Assembly (NCBI GenBank): GCA_963823665.1
Contig: CAWGMQ010000010.1
Span: 2,272,001-2,336,000, forward strand
Length of the DNA stretch: 64,000 nucleotides
Source: an uncultured Planctomycetota bacterium
Lineage (GTDB): Bacteria; Planctomycetota; Planctomycetia; Isosphaerales; Isosphaeraceae
Direction of reading: 5' to 3'
Shown: positions 37,227 through 47,826 of the stretch, in pieces
Position numbering within the stretch: the first letter of the stretch is position 1
Layout of the letters: each line of letters opens with the position of its first letter
Notes under the pieces: model-generated
Databases searched by the model: none
What the model saw: the letters and a program-made list of their open reading frames with translations, nothing else
What the model was told of the DNA's origin: nothing
Translations under genes and position numbers: made by a program

Positions 37227-38453
37227 ATGAGCATGGAGGATCGCGAGCGCACCCTGGTTGTTTTGCTTTCGATGCACCGCTGCGGCTCGAGCCTGACGAC
37301 CCAGGTCTTGCAGCGGCTGGGGATGTCGCTCGGACCGTTTGAATTGATTGGCGCCGAGCCGACCAATCCCTATGGTCACTTCGAGGCGGTGCCGTTCCAC
37401 AGCTTGAATCGGCGCGTCCAGAGCTTGGCGTTTGGATTCCCTGATGACTTGCCCGATTCGCCAGAGGTGCTCGAGCGGTTTATCGGGACGAAAGGTCACT
37501 GGGATCCCGACATCTACATCCCGGATGAGTTCCTGGCCGAAGGTCGCTCGCTCATCCGCACGCTGATCGACTCGGGAGAAGTGTCGGGTTTCAAGGACCC
37601 GCGCACGGTGCTCACCTGGCCCTTCTGGGAGCAGGTGCTCGCGAGTTTTCCGGATGTGCGAGTTATTCCGCTCGGGCTGATCCGCTCTCCGCATGAGATC
37701 GCCATGAGCCTCGTCGCGCGGCGAGGCGGGTGGCTGGGCTACTGGTCTTCCCTGGACGTGATCGCCGTGCATTTTCGGCGTCAGCGGCAGATTCTTGAGA
37801 TCCGCGAAGACCGAATTCCTTCGTTGTGCTTCGGCAACCCGGCTTATCTACAAACACTGGAACTGGCTGCCAAGAAAGCTGGGTTGCCCTGGAGCGCGGC
37901 GGCCGTGCTCGAGCAATTTGACAGCTCGGCCGTCCATCAATTGCCGGCAGCGGTGGCGCATGACGCCCAGGAATTGTTCGAGGCGATCTGCGGTGACGTC
38001 GCAGCGGCCTGCGACGCCGATACCAGCCGGGCACGTCTGGAAAAGGATGCCCGGTACCTGGAGGGCCTCCGGCTCGATCAGTGGAAGAGCAGCAAGCTGA
38101 AAGACTCGGCAGAGCGCCTGGACAGCTTCCGGCTCTCCGCGCGAGTGACTGATCTCGAGAGGGAGCTAGCCGAGGCCCGCAACCAACTGACAGTGGCCGC
38201 GATTGCCCGTAGTGACGTTCAGTCACGACTAAACGACGTTCAGTCGCAATTTAGCGACCTTCAGTCGCGATTAATCGAGGCGCAGCACCACGAGCTAGAG
38301 ACACTGCGCGAGATGAGCCAGTTGTGCGACCGCCTGGCGCGGTTCGAAGGGCATCCGATCCTGGGGATTGTCCTCCGTGGCCGGAGGCGCCTCAAGCGGC
38401 TGATTCATTCCACTCGCGAGGCGACGCCTGCCGAGCGCAATGGCTTTCATTAA
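37227..38453 (+). CDS. Sulfotransferase-family protein with C-terminal coiled coil
   Basis: VLLSMHRCGSSL (PSB-like), NPYGHFE, GFKDPRT and IRSPHEIAMSL, followed by a heptad-rich tail and an Arg-rich amphipathic helix. Confidence 0.75.
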   Translation: MSMEDRERTLVVLLSMHRCGSSLTTQVLQRLGMSLGPFELIGAEPTNPYGHFEAVPFHSLNRRVQSLAFGFPDDLPDSPEVLERFIGTKGHWDPDIYIPDEFLAEGRSLIRTLIDSGEVSGFKDPRTVLTWPFWEQVLASFPDVRVIPLGLIRSPHEIAMSLVARRGGWLGYWSSLDVIAVHFRRQRQILEIREDRIPSLCFGNPAYLQTLELAAKKAGLPWSAAAVLEQFDSSAVHQLPAAVAHDAQELFEAICGDVAAACDADTSRARLEKDARYLEGLRLDQWKSSKLKDSAERLDSFRLSARVTDLERELAEARNQLTVAAIARSDVQSRLNDVQSQFSDLQSRLIEAQHHELETLREMSQLCDRLARFEGHPILGIVLRGRRRLKRLIHSTREATPAERNGFH

Positions 38454-39551
38454 GCGAAGCGCTCGCCAGGATCGAGACAATTCGATGAGCGGCCTGCCCG
38501 TCACCGTACGGGCTCTTGCCACAGGCCATCGAGCGGTATGCAGCCGGATCGCAGAGCAGCCGTGAGCATTCCTCCACGATCACCGCCGTGTCATGGCCGA
38601 CCAGCCGCGCCACACCCAGCTCGATCGCTTCCGGTCGCTCGCTTTCGTTGCGCAGCACGAGCACAGGCTTGCCCAGCGCGGGCGCCTCTTCCTGCACGCC
38701 GCCTGAATCCGTGAGCACGAGAGCGGCCATCTTCATCGCCGAGACGAACGGGCCGTACTGCATAGGCTCGCACAGATGCACGCGCGGAAAAGCGGCCATC
38801 AAGCGGGGAACCACCGTCTTCACCGCGGGGTTGGGGTGCACCGGCCAGAGGAATTCGACCTCCGGATGCCGCTTGTGAAGCAGGCCAATTGCCGCACAGA
38901 TCCGCTCGAGCGGACCGCCGAATGAATCACGGCGATGCACCGTCACGAGCACCAGCCGCTTGCGTGGATCGAGCCGCACACCGATCGGTCGGTCGCGCTG
39001 CGAGGTGGAGAGGAGTGCATCGATCACGGTGTTGCCGGTCACGTGAATCGTGGCCGGGTTGATTCCTTCCTTGAGCAAGTTCTCTCGTGCAAGAGCTGTC
39101 GGAGCGAAGTGAATCGACGCGAGGTGCGACGCCACGACACGGTTCGCCTCCTCGGGAAAAGGGCGCAGGAGATCTCCGCTGCGCAGACCGGCTTCCATGT
39201 GGGCGAAGGGGATCTCGAGCCGGGATGAGGCAAGGGCCGCGGCCAGCACGCTGGTGGTATCGCCCTGGGCGAGCACCACGTCGGGGCGCTCGTGAGCGAG
39301 CGAGCGCATGCAAGCTCTCGCACCAGATGAGCCGCCAGGCGATCCGGCGGCAATGCGAGCTTCATCACCGCCAGGTCAATGTCTGGCTCGATACCGTTGC
39401 CGGCGAGCACGCTTTGCACCAGCTCGCAATGCTGCCCGGTCAGAAGGACTCGGGGGCGAGCCCACGAAGCCTGACGCAGAGCCAGCACGACCGGGGCCAT
39501 CTTGATCGCCTCGGGTCGAGTGCCGATCGTGCACACGATGGTCTTCATCAT
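38392..39551 (-). CDS. wecB: UDP-N-acetylglucosamine 2-epimerase (non-hydrolysing); frameshift near 39305
   Basis: IGTRPEAIKMAPV, TGQH, QGDTTS, HMEAGLRS, PFPEEANR, TGNTVIDAL, VHPNP, TDSGGVQEEAP and PYGDG. Confidence 0.93.
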
Positions 39552-39565
39552 CGGCAGGGTATCCT

Positions 39566-40695
39566 TCACGCCGGCTTCGACCAGCGCCGCCATGCCGAAC
39601 GGGCCGAGCGGGCCAGCGAAAGTGCCCTGGGAGGAGCTGATTTCTTGAGCATCCTGACCAGTGGCCGCAACCGCTCGGCCGGGCCGTGAAGCTCGAACCA
39701 GCGCTGGTAAGAGTGACCGCTCGTCGCAAACGGGTCCGGAAAGTGGATCGCCAGATCGTCGCGGCTCCGATAGACCAGCCGGTGCGCATCCGTGATTCGC
39801 CGGCCGCTCTGGAATGAGTTAAAGACGCAGTCGATGGCACCCAGCGTTTCCTGGCCAAGCTCCCGGCACCGCGCGATGTACCAGTCGCGCAAATCGTACA
39901 GTACGGGGCTCTGCGACCCGTAGCGATCGAGCATGCGCGCTGCGCCCCGGAGTCAAAGCCCGAGAAGTGGTAGAACACAAGGGGCCGGTCATTGATCCGG
40001 ATCTCGTAAGGAGCCGTGCCTGTGGCCCGCCGATGAGTGAGGTTCCATGTCGCGACGTTAAATTCGGGCTCGCGCACGATCGCGATGTCGTCGAAATACG
40101 CTGGCGCCAGGTCGACCCAGCGCTGGTCGGTGAAGAGGCCGCTCTTGACATCGTCGTAGCAGAACTGTCTGAGCCGGTCGGCCCACCAGTCGATGAACCT
40201 GCGCCCTTGGGAGCTAACCCGAACCGCCAGGAACCCCAGGTTGTAGATTCCGTGCCGCAGGGCGCAGAGCTCGTTGTCAAGGATCGCCTGGTGAAGAGTC
40301 TCGGGCTCGGCCAGGTGCGGCGTGAGCAGGATGCTGCTCGAGTCGAGCTTTCGCTCGAGCGCATCGAGCCGGCCCAGCACCACGATGTCGGGATCGAAGT
40401 AATAGATGCGCTCGGCACCGAAACGGTCAGCGATGTGCTGGAACGCGGTTCCCTTCACGGCCGTGCACAGCTCCACCAGCCGGTGCTTGAAAATCCAGGA
40501 CGGCAGGTTGTCGATCGGCAGGTCCTTGATGTTGATGATGCTGTCGAAGGCGCCGGTTGTGATGCTCGGGCACGGCGGCAGCTCGTCGCAGAGCACGACG
40601 TGAAAGACCGCCTCGGGGTGAAGACGCTTCACGGAAATAGCCAGCGCCGCCGCCTTGGGCAGGTAGTTGGCGGTGATGCTAGTGAAAATGTGCAT
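39566..40695 (-). CDS. GT-A fold glycosyltransferase (GT8-like), copy 1; frameshift near 39940
   Basis: MHIFTSITANYLPKA, ELCTAVKG, YYFDPDI (DxD), LTPH, YNLGF, FTDQRW and FYHFSG. Paralogue of 56303-57460. Confidence 0.8.
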
Positions 40696-42211
40696 GTCGC
40701 CTCCGTGAGACGCCCAGCGGGCTTGGACGTTGCGAGTGGAGCTCGTGAGCGCAAGCGCCGCGGGTGCGGCGCTCGTCGTCCTCTGCAAATTCGTAATAGG
40801 ATGTGAGCGTATCCGGATAATACGCCGGTGTCGGCGCCGGAGGCGGACTGCCGGCCCCGGAGAGCCAGTGCGCGGCAGCCAGGAGCTCGTCGTTGATCTG
40901 GCCGGGAGAAAGCTCGATCTGGAGCGGCCGGCCCCAGCCCCAGTTTCGCACTCGGAGAGCCTGGGCCCCCAGATCGAAGCAGATGACGAACAGTCCCGCG
41001 GCCATTGCGATCGAAAGAGTGTACATGTACGATTCCGGGCACTCGGACGGGAGGAAGGCCAGGTGGGGGCGCCGGGAGGCAAGGAGATCGAAAACGTCGT
41101 GCTCGCGGTAGCCTCCGGTGATGTGCACGTTGCCCAGGCGCAGAAGCGCGGCGTCACGGTCGCTGGAGCCGATCAGGTGAAACTCGAGCGGCAGCCCGCG
41201 CAGGCGGGCGTCGGAAGCGCACGCGAGGAGGCGCTCCGAGCCTTTGACCGCGACCAGCGTGCCGATCAAGGCCACTCGAATGGCTTCGTCGCCGCGAAGG
41301 GGTCGCGCGACCTCTTGGACGATCGTGAGTGATTCCTCGTGCGGCCGGAGCGTCAATTCGAGGCCGGGGAAATAGCGGCCGAGCCGGCTCGCGACATCCG
41401 TGCTGGGCACAAACACCCGCCGGGCCCCCGCGAGCCGCCGTGCGTAACGCTCACGCCACGAGGCGATCGACTCGGTAACGCGGCGGCCGCAATCGTCGCC
41501 AAGCTGAGCGAGGCACCGGTTGCACCCCGCTTCATCGGGCTCGCCGCAATAGCGGCCGCCCGAGCTGATCAAATTGATGCGCGGGCAGATCGTGTGGTAG
41601 TCGTGAATCGTCCAGTCGTACGAGACGCCGCGCGCGGCCAGGGCGTCGAAGAGAGATTCGGGCAGCCCCAGTGCATGGTGCACGTGCGCATGCACGGGCG
41701 CGATCGCCCCCAGCATCTCCGCGATCGATTCGCGATCGACATTCGACTCGCGGCACCAGAGCGTTTCGCGGCGATCGTCGCGTTCTTCCCAGAGGATCCG
41801 CCCGGCCTGACTGGGGCGCACCACGATCGGCCGCACGCCTTCGTTTTTGAGCGCGTACTCGAGATCGCCGATGTGCCGTTCGGTGCCGCCGCCGCACCGG
41901 TGGTTGATCAAGAGGAAGACCGGTCGATTGTCCGCGACCCAGGGGCGGGTATGGAAGTGCCGCAGGCGCGAGTGCTCGGCCAGCCGAGCTGCGATTTGCG
42001 ACAGCTTTCTGCGCAAGAGCGAACGCGCTCCCTGTCGCTCGAGGGCGGTGAACAAACGCGGGAGCCAGTGCCGCACATTCCGCATCTGGCTCGGAACGCT
42101 TTGAATTCGCATCCTTTGTCCCCGCCGTCCTTGGTGCGGGACCGGAACCACGAGAAGCGGCGATCCATCCCGCCGCGCAACCTGCACTGGGAGCGGGAGT
42201 TCTAACCTCAA
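40679..42211 (-). CDS. GT-B (GT4-like) glycosyltransferase, copy 1
   Basis: HRCGGGTERH, HAHVHH, TIHDYHTICPR, Cys cluster YCGEP...CNRC, VKGSE and PSECPESYMYTLS. The true start may be nearer 42112. Confidence 0.82.
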   Translation of the reverse strand: MRLELPLPVQVARRDGSPLLVVPVPHQGRRGQRMRIQSVPSQMRNVRHWLPRLFTALERQGARSLLRRKLSQIAARLAEHSRLRHFHTRPWVADNRPVFLLINHRCGGGTERHIGDLEYALKNEGVRPIVVRPSQAGRILWEERDDRRETLWCRESNVDRESIAEMLGAIAPVHAHVHHALGLPESLFDALAARGVSYDWTIHDYHTICPRINLISSGGRYCGEPDEAGCNRCLAQLGDDCGRRVTESIASWRERYARRLAGARRVFVPSTDVASRLGRYFPGLELTLRPHEESLTIVQEVARPLRGDEAIRVALIGTLVAVKGSERLLACASDARLRGLPLEFHLIGSSDRDAALLRLGNVHITGGYREHDVFDLLASRRPHLAFLPSECPESYMYTLSIAMAAGLFVICFDLGAQALRVRNWGWGRPLQIELSPGQINDELLAAAHWLSGAGSPPPAPTPAYYPDTLTSYYEFAEDDERRTRGACAHELHSQRPSPLGVSRRRHAHFH

Positions 42212-42372
42212 GCGATGGAAGTGTCAATTGTGAATTCGTGCGTGTGTTGCTGCAGACGGCACGAGACTGCACTTGCCGCCTCCGCGTGGACGAGGTTTAA
42301 TCTGCGGTTCCGTCGCTGGATGGATCCGGCGAGTGAACCGGAGCGGTTAACCGGCGTTCAGGATGAAGGCCG

Positions 42373-43800
42373 ATGAGCCTGGCTGAGCAAGTTCGCCCGC
42401 TGCTCGCAACGATCGCCCCGCCATCGAGTGTGCGGAGGCGAGTGCTCCGGTTCGGCTATCGGAGGATCCGTTCACTGTCCGAGCTTCTCTGCCGGCGAGG
42501 CTTGACGCGCGGAGCCGAGGCAATCCCAGAGCATCCGCAGGCGACGGCAGCAACGATCCGCCCGATCGGCGCCGATCGGATCGGGCCGCGCCAGGTCCTC
42601 GTGATCGACCACCGGCTTCCAACTCCCGATCGCGATAGTGGGTCTGTTCGCATGATGGAGCTCATCCGCGCGATCGGGCTCCGTGGTCATCAGGTCACGT
42701 TCATTCCCAACAATCAGGCCGTGTTTTCGCCTTATCGCGAAGACCTGGAGCGCGCTGGAATCGAGGTCGTCTATCCGCCGCGCTACCGATCAACCGAGGA
42801 ATTCCTGAGCAAATACGGCCACGAATTCCGCCTGGCGATCATCGCCCGCGCCGACGTGGCCGATCGGCACATGGACACGGTGCGACGACACGCGCCCCAG
42901 GCCAGAATCGTGTTCGACACCGTGGACCTCTGCTTCTTGCGCGAAGAGCGTCAGGCCCAGATCGCAGGGGACGAAAGCCTCAAGGCGGCTGCCTCTCTCC
43001 GCAAGGAACAGGAGCTTCGGCTGGCCAGGAGTGCGGATCTCACCCTGGTCGTGAGCGCGATCGAGAAGGCTGTGCTCGAGGCCGAATGCGGGCCGGAGGC
43101 CGACGTCCGTATCCTTTCGAATATCCATCCCGTCGAGACAAGAACGCCACCGGGCTACGACGAGCGACGCGATATTCTGTTCATCGGCGGGTTTGATCAT
43201 CAGCCCAACGTCGACGCGGTGCTCTTCTTCGCGCACGAGATCTTCCCGCTCGTGCGGGAGCGCATTCCGGGCGCCCGTTTTCAGGTCATCGGCCCTTATC
43301 CCAGGCCGGAAATCAGCCGGCTTGCCTCGGACAGCACCCAGATCCTGGGGTTCGTTCCGGACGTGAAACCGCATTTCGACAGGGCCCGCCTCTCGGTCGC
43401 GCCGCTGCGATTCGGGGCCGGCGTCAAAGGCAAGGTGAACCAGAGCATGTCGCTGGGCGTGCCCACCGTAGTCACCCCCGTCGCGGCCGAGGGGATGTAT
43501 CTGACGCATGAAGTCGACGCCATGATCGCCGACGGAGCCGAGCACTTTGCCGATGCCGTCGTGCGGCTCTGGTCGTCACCGGACCTCTGGCGGAAGATCT
43601 CGGAGAACGGCATCCGCAGCCTGCAACGACACTTCTCTGTTCTTGCCGCGACCGGGCCCATTGAAGAGCTTCTAGCATGGGCCGGCCTGTCGGCAACCGT
43701 CAAGTTCCAGGAGGAGCGCGGCCATGAGCGAGCGAGGTCTCGATCGCGGACTGAGGGCGGATCCAGTAGCGGATCGAGCACGGTCAGAATCGCTTCGTAG
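42373..43800 (+). CDS. GT4-like glycosyltransferase
   Basis: LVIDHRLPTPDRDSGS.RM, FDTVDL, FIGGFDHQPNVDAV and APLRFGAGVKGKV.QSM..GVP.V.T..AAEGM. Confidence 0.87.
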   Translation: MSLAEQVRPLLATIAPPSSVRRRVLRFGYRRIRSLSELLCRRGLTRGAEAIPEHPQATAATIRPIGADRIGPRQVLVIDHRLPTPDRDSGSVRMMELIRAIGLRGHQVTFIPNNQAVFSPYREDLERAGIEVVYPPRYRSTEEFLSKYGHEFRLAIIARADVADRHMDTVRRHAPQARIVFDTVDLCFLREERQAQIAGDESLKAAASLRKEQELRLARSADLTLVVSAIEKAVLEAECGPEADVRILSNIHPVETRTPPGYDERRDILFIGGFDHQPNVDAVLFFAHEIFPLVRERIPGARFQVIGPYPRPEISRLASDSTQILGFVPDVKPHFDRARLSVAPLRFGAGVKGKVNQSMSLGVPTVVTPVAAEGMYLTHEVDAMIADGAEHFADAVVRLWSSPDLWRKISENGIRSLQRHFSVLAATGPIEELLAWAGLSATVKFQEERGHERARSRSRTEGGSSSGSSTVRIAS

Positions 43801-45063
43801 CAAACTGATACGCCGGCCGTCAGATATCTTCCGCAAGCCAGCCGCGCGCCCGCGCCAAGGGCGAAGCCCGCCGACATCGTCCTTATCGCCGGCTTCCTGG
43901 TTGCGATCAGCCTGCCGCTCCTGGGCTTGCTTTTCTCGCTCGACCGGGGATTCGTTCTCGACGAGAAGCGAACGCTCACGCCACGGCCCCGGCTCAAGGC
44001 GCACATGAAGGTGCTGGCCGCGTTCCCTGCCCGGTTCGAAGCGTTCTTCAATGACCAATTTGGATTCCGCAAGCGGCTGATCTACGGGCTCAATGTGACG
44101 AAGGTCGTGGCGCTTGGCGTCTCGCCCCATCCCAAAGTGATCTTCGGATCCAAGGGGTGGCTCTACTACGGCGACAAGGATGTCCCGTACTACCGAGCCG
44201 TGGAGCCTCTGACTGAGGCGCAGCTCGAAGCCTGGCAGAAACGGCTCGAACAGCGGCAATCGTGGCTCGCGGACCGCGGCATCCCCTACCTGTTTGTCAT
44301 CACACCGCTCAAGAGCACGGTCTATCCCGAGTATATGCCGCGCACGTATAACCGGATCGGAACGACGTCGCGCCTCGACCAGCTCATGGCGCACTTGAGG
44401 GCGCACTCCGGCCTCAATGTCATCGATCTGCGCGCGGCGATCCTGGACGAGAAAACGCGCAATCAGGTGTTTTACCGCACCGACACGCACTGGAACACCC
44501 GGGGCTCGTACGTCGGCTACACCCACATTCTGAAGGCGCTCTCGCGCTGGTTTCCTCAGCTCGAGGCCATTCCGATCTCGGCATTCGAGGAGTTCCACTA
44601 TTTTTCCGAGCCGGGGCGAGACCTGCCGTCGCTGCTGGGGATGGAACCCTACTTCTGGGATCGCTACGTCGACATGAAACGGACGAGGCCGGGTCTTGCG
44701 CATGAGATCACGCCACCGCCGCCGGCGAGCAAGCTGGTGGATCGCGGCCCCGACATCTTGTACGAGCACCCCGATGCCCGATTGCCGAGGGCCGTCATGT
44801 TCCGCGACTCATACGCGGGCTGGCTCATTCCGCTGCTCTCGGAGAATTTCAGCCACATTCTCTACACGTGGCAGTACACCTTCGACAAAGAGATCGTCGA
44901 GCGAGAGAACCCCGACGTGGTGATCCAGGAACTGGTCGAGCGGGTGCTGATGGAAGACACGCCGCCGGCGCCGTACGCGCAGAGCGCGGGGTCTGGAGAC
45001 CCGCGCCCAACAACCCGGCATATGATGGTGGGTTTCACCCACCCTACGGAGTCGAAAAGCTAG
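43724..45063 (+). CDS. AlgJ/AlgX-like SGNH polysaccharide O-acetyltransferase (probable 5' frameshift)
   Basis: TM anchor, EKRTL, FNDQFGFR, VIFGSKGWLY, P.KSTVYPEY, YRTDTHWN, RDSY and PDVVIQELVER. A strong AGGAGG RBS precedes ATG 43724, but the main frame is that of ORF 43927-45063. Confidence 0.8.
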
Positions 45064-46013
45064 ACTTCGACCCACTCGAGGTGTGCCACCTTGGGCAGCA
45101 GCTCTTGGCGTGCCCAGGTCACGAACGGCCGGTCCACGCACGACTCGATACTCACCCCCGGCAAGACATCTTCCCCGATCCCGTCGGCGACGAATACGGC
45201 GTTGAACCCGAGCCGCTGCACACCGGCCAGCCGATAGCCTTTTTTCTTGCCGAGCTTCACGAAAGCCGGCAGGCTGGCGCCTGAGTAGATCAGAAAGCGG
45301 TCGATCGGCGGGGTCTTGAACGTATCGGAGTACGGGACCGTGACGGCGCGATCCGGCCCCCAGATGCACTGCACTTCGGCGATCACCACGCGGGGCCGAA
45401 TCACGTCGATCGCTTCCCAGACCCAGTAGTCCACGCCGTCCAGATCGAGAGACAGCAGGTCGACCTGCCCTTCAAAGCCATTCATTCTGATCAAATCGTT
45501 GATGTTCTCGCGTGTGATCCACGCATGGACAAACCTGGGCGGGAGCGGACTGGTATCGGGAAGCCGGGCGTAATAGGCACGCCCTCGTTCAACGAGACGA
45601 ATGTCGCCGTCAAAGAGCAATCCGTTCCAGCCGTGGTTCACGATCAGATTTGCCGTGTTGCACTCGATTCCATCTCCGGCGCAGATCTCGACGCAGCGGC
45701 GCCCGCCCATGCCGAGCAGACTGAAAACGTAGAGCAGGATGCCATCCTCGCCGTTCTGGCTGAAGGCGCGGAACTCGGTGTCTTCAAACGAGGGCAGGGG
45801 GGCTTTTCCGCGGGCGAGCTCGCGGTACTGGTTGGCGAGGATCAACTGCGACACCTTGTCGGCGGTACCGACCGTTCCGCCGGCAGACCGCTCGAGCAAG
45901 GATCGCAGGCCGGCCAGGTCGCGCTTGAACGGGCCCATGCCGAGCGTGTTGAGCACCGAGAGACAGCTTTCCGCGTCAGGCTTCTCATGAGTCGTCCTTT
46001 TCTGGAAAGTCAA
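45060..46013 (-). CDS. FkbM-like/methyltransferase-fold protein
   Basis: FSQNGEDGIL, VEICAGDG.ECNT, DLLSLDLDGVDYWVW, PRVVIAE and GASL.A...L...KGY.L.....NAVFV. Confidence 0.7.
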   Translation of the reverse strand: MTFQKRTTHEKPDAESCLSVLNTLGMGPFKRDLAGLRSLLERSAGGTVGTADKVSQLILANQYRELARGKAPLPSFEDTEFRAFSQNGEDGILLYVFSLLGMGGRRCVEICAGDGIECNTANLIVNHGWNGLLFDGDIRLVERGRAYYARLPDTSPLPPRFVHAWITRENINDLIRMNGFEGQVDLLSLDLDGVDYWVWEAIDVIRPRVVIAEVQCIWGPDRAVTVPYSDTFKTPPIDRFLIYSGASLPAFVKLGKKKGYRLAGVQRLGFNAVFVADGIGEDVLPGVSIESCVDRPFVTWARQELLPKVAHLEWVEV

Positions 46014-46043
46014 CCGGGTGCGCAGGCCGGCGCCCGGCGCTCA

Positions 46044-47822
46044 TCAAATGCGTTTGCCTTTGATCGACGGACGAAGCCGTCTCAGCTCGCGCCCGAGCCG
46101 CCGCTCTACTGCGGTATGGAGCGCATACCACGCCTGACGGACGCCGGCTGCCGGCCCCTCCGGTACCGCGTGCGCCGCATCGACGCGGACCGGCCCGCCT
46201 GCCGGCTGCGACCAGCTCAGAATCGCGTCGCGGAGCATTCGCCTCGCCTGAAGCGAACGTTCCGAGGGATTGAGCACAACCGAGCGGTACACGCGAATCA
46301 CGGCATCGGCGATCGCACCGCGCGGCGCCAGCACGATTTCCGCCGGCGAGATTCCCAGCTCGGAGGCGATCCGGTCGCGAGAGTCTTGCGAGTGAGCCAG
46401 GATACCTTGAGCGCACATCAGAGCGAGTGAGCCTGTGGTGCCCTCGGCATCGTGAATTGCACCTAGGCGGGCTGTTGCCGTCGCTTCCCGGGAAGTCCGG
46501 TCGTCAACGGTCAGAACAACGTGCGCCCCAGAGCCGTAGGGGATCGCCAGCTCCTCGCGAGTGATGAACCCCGCCGGTTTGTGAATGACCGCGAAATCGT
46601 CGCGCCAGGATTCCGGTGTGATGTGCGGCGCGCAGAATCCTGCGGCTTGCGCCTTTTCGTTGACCAGCAGCCACAGATCGACCTCGGGGGCCTGCGCGAG
46701 CGATTGTGCCAGTTTGATCGCGTCCGTCCGCGCGGGCTCATTGGTAGTGGCGACGTGCCGGATGTCGAGGGCAACGCGCAGCTTGCCGGTGCGCAGGAAT
46801 TCGATGGCATGCCGGGGCAGTTGCCCGTCCAGGCTATGCTCGAAGCCGGCGAGTTGATGCGCGCGGTACGGATGTCGTTCCTCGAGGATCGCTCGATCTC
46901 GCGCGGGCAGAAAGCCACCATCGTCGTCCGCATTCAATCCGGCCGGCAAATGCTCGACGTACGCGTGATTGGATCGCTTGCCGAGAAAGCCGACCGTCTG
47001 GGCGCGCATGACCCAGTCTTCGATGGCGGATTGAAGGGTCGAGAACCGGGGATCCAGCAAACCGATCGCGTCGATGATCGGCCCGCGCAGATAAACGCAC
47101 GGCCCGTGTACGCCAGGTGCGCTCGTCGCCCGCGGGAGGCAGGAGAAAGCTTTGCTCGCCAGGCACTCGTCGATTCCGGCGTGGCGATTGTCGTGTGTTT
47201 GGATCGAGCGGTCGAGCACGCTCAGAATCGACAGCGGCCACGCGAAGGCAACGCGCTCTTCGGAGTGAGCGACGGCCGAAAGCTCGGTGAGCCAGCCGGG
47301 CGTGACCATCGTGCCGGGCGCGAGGAGAAGACAATCCCCTCCGCGCTCGCGCAGGCCGAGGTTCCAGGCTTGCGTATCAACGGGATGATGCGAGTGCCGC
47401 ACAATGTGGACGGCCGGGCTGCTCTGAGCGAGGCTCTCCAGCTCAGGCTCCTGGGCAAGCGCCGTGACCAGGATCAAGCGGCGCAAAACCGGGTCGCCTG
47501 GCTCGAGAACTCGTCGCAGGGAGCGGATCGTGGTCGGCGTCACCCAGTCCACGGCGACGATGACATCGGCGGTCCTTGCCGGCGGCATTCCCATCTCCAG
47601 AGGGGCCAAGCTCGGAATCGTTGCTCGGTCGGGACGCATCGATCGACTGAGAGGGTATACTCCCATCGCGCACTGACGGTCAAGATGAATTGGATGGGTC
47701 GGGCCGCTCGATTGCTCGAGGTGCAACGTCGGGAAGAAGCACTTTCGCCGAGTAAAGATGCCGGCGGCTGCGTCGAGAAGATTTACTTCGGGTGGGTCTT
47801 TCTGAGGCAGTTCTGAAACCAA
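46044..47822 (-). CDS. Degenerate GT2 plus truncated GT4 fusion; paralogue of 60543-62288
   Basis: GT2-like N-half (DVIV, WNLGL, VTPGWLTEL, CVYLR..IIDAIGLLD, EDWVMRA..GF) followed by GKLRVALD and a C-terminus shared with the 60543 gene, but no EGFGLP domain. Start is probably downstream of 47822. Confidence 0.65.
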   Translation of the reverse strand: MVSELPQKDPPEVNLLDAAAGIFTRRKCFFPTLHLEQSSGPTHPIHLDRQCAMGVYPLSRSMRPDRATIPSLAPLEMGMPPARTADVIVAVDWVTPTTIRSLRRVLEPGDPVLRRLILVTALAQEPELESLAQSSPAVHIVRHSHHPVDTQAWNLGLRERGGDCLLLAPGTMVTPGWLTELSAVAHSEERVAFAWPLSILSVLDRSIQTHDNRHAGIDECLASKAFSCLPRATSAPGVHGPCVYLRGPIIDAIGLLDPRFSTLQSAIEDWVMRAQTVGFLGKRSNHAYVEHLPAGLNADDDGGFLPARDRAILEERHPYRAHQLAGFEHSLDGQLPRHAIEFLRTGKLRVALDIRHVATTNEPARTDAIKLAQSLAQAPEVDLWLLVNEKAQAAGFCAPHITPESWRDDFAVIHKPAGFITREELAIPYGSGAHVVLTVDDRTSREATATARLGAIHDAEGTTGSLALMCAQGILAHSQDSRDRIASELGISPAEIVLAPRGAIADAVIRVYRSVVLNPSERSLQARRMLRDAILSWSQPAGGPVRVDAAHAVPEGPAAGVRQAWYALHTAVERRLGRELRRLRPSIKGKRI

Positions 47823-47826
47823 TCCG

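Noticed and set aside
38392..38453. Functional antisense overlap between wecB and the sulfotransferase 3' ends
   Set aside because: Short convergent overlaps of low-complexity tails are common in GC-rich genomes, and nothing else supports a function.
35542..39551. Enterobacterial common antigen locus (wecE plus wecB)
   Set aside because: The other ECA genes are absent and the two genes are separated by an oppositely oriented gene. They more likely supply precursors to other glycans.
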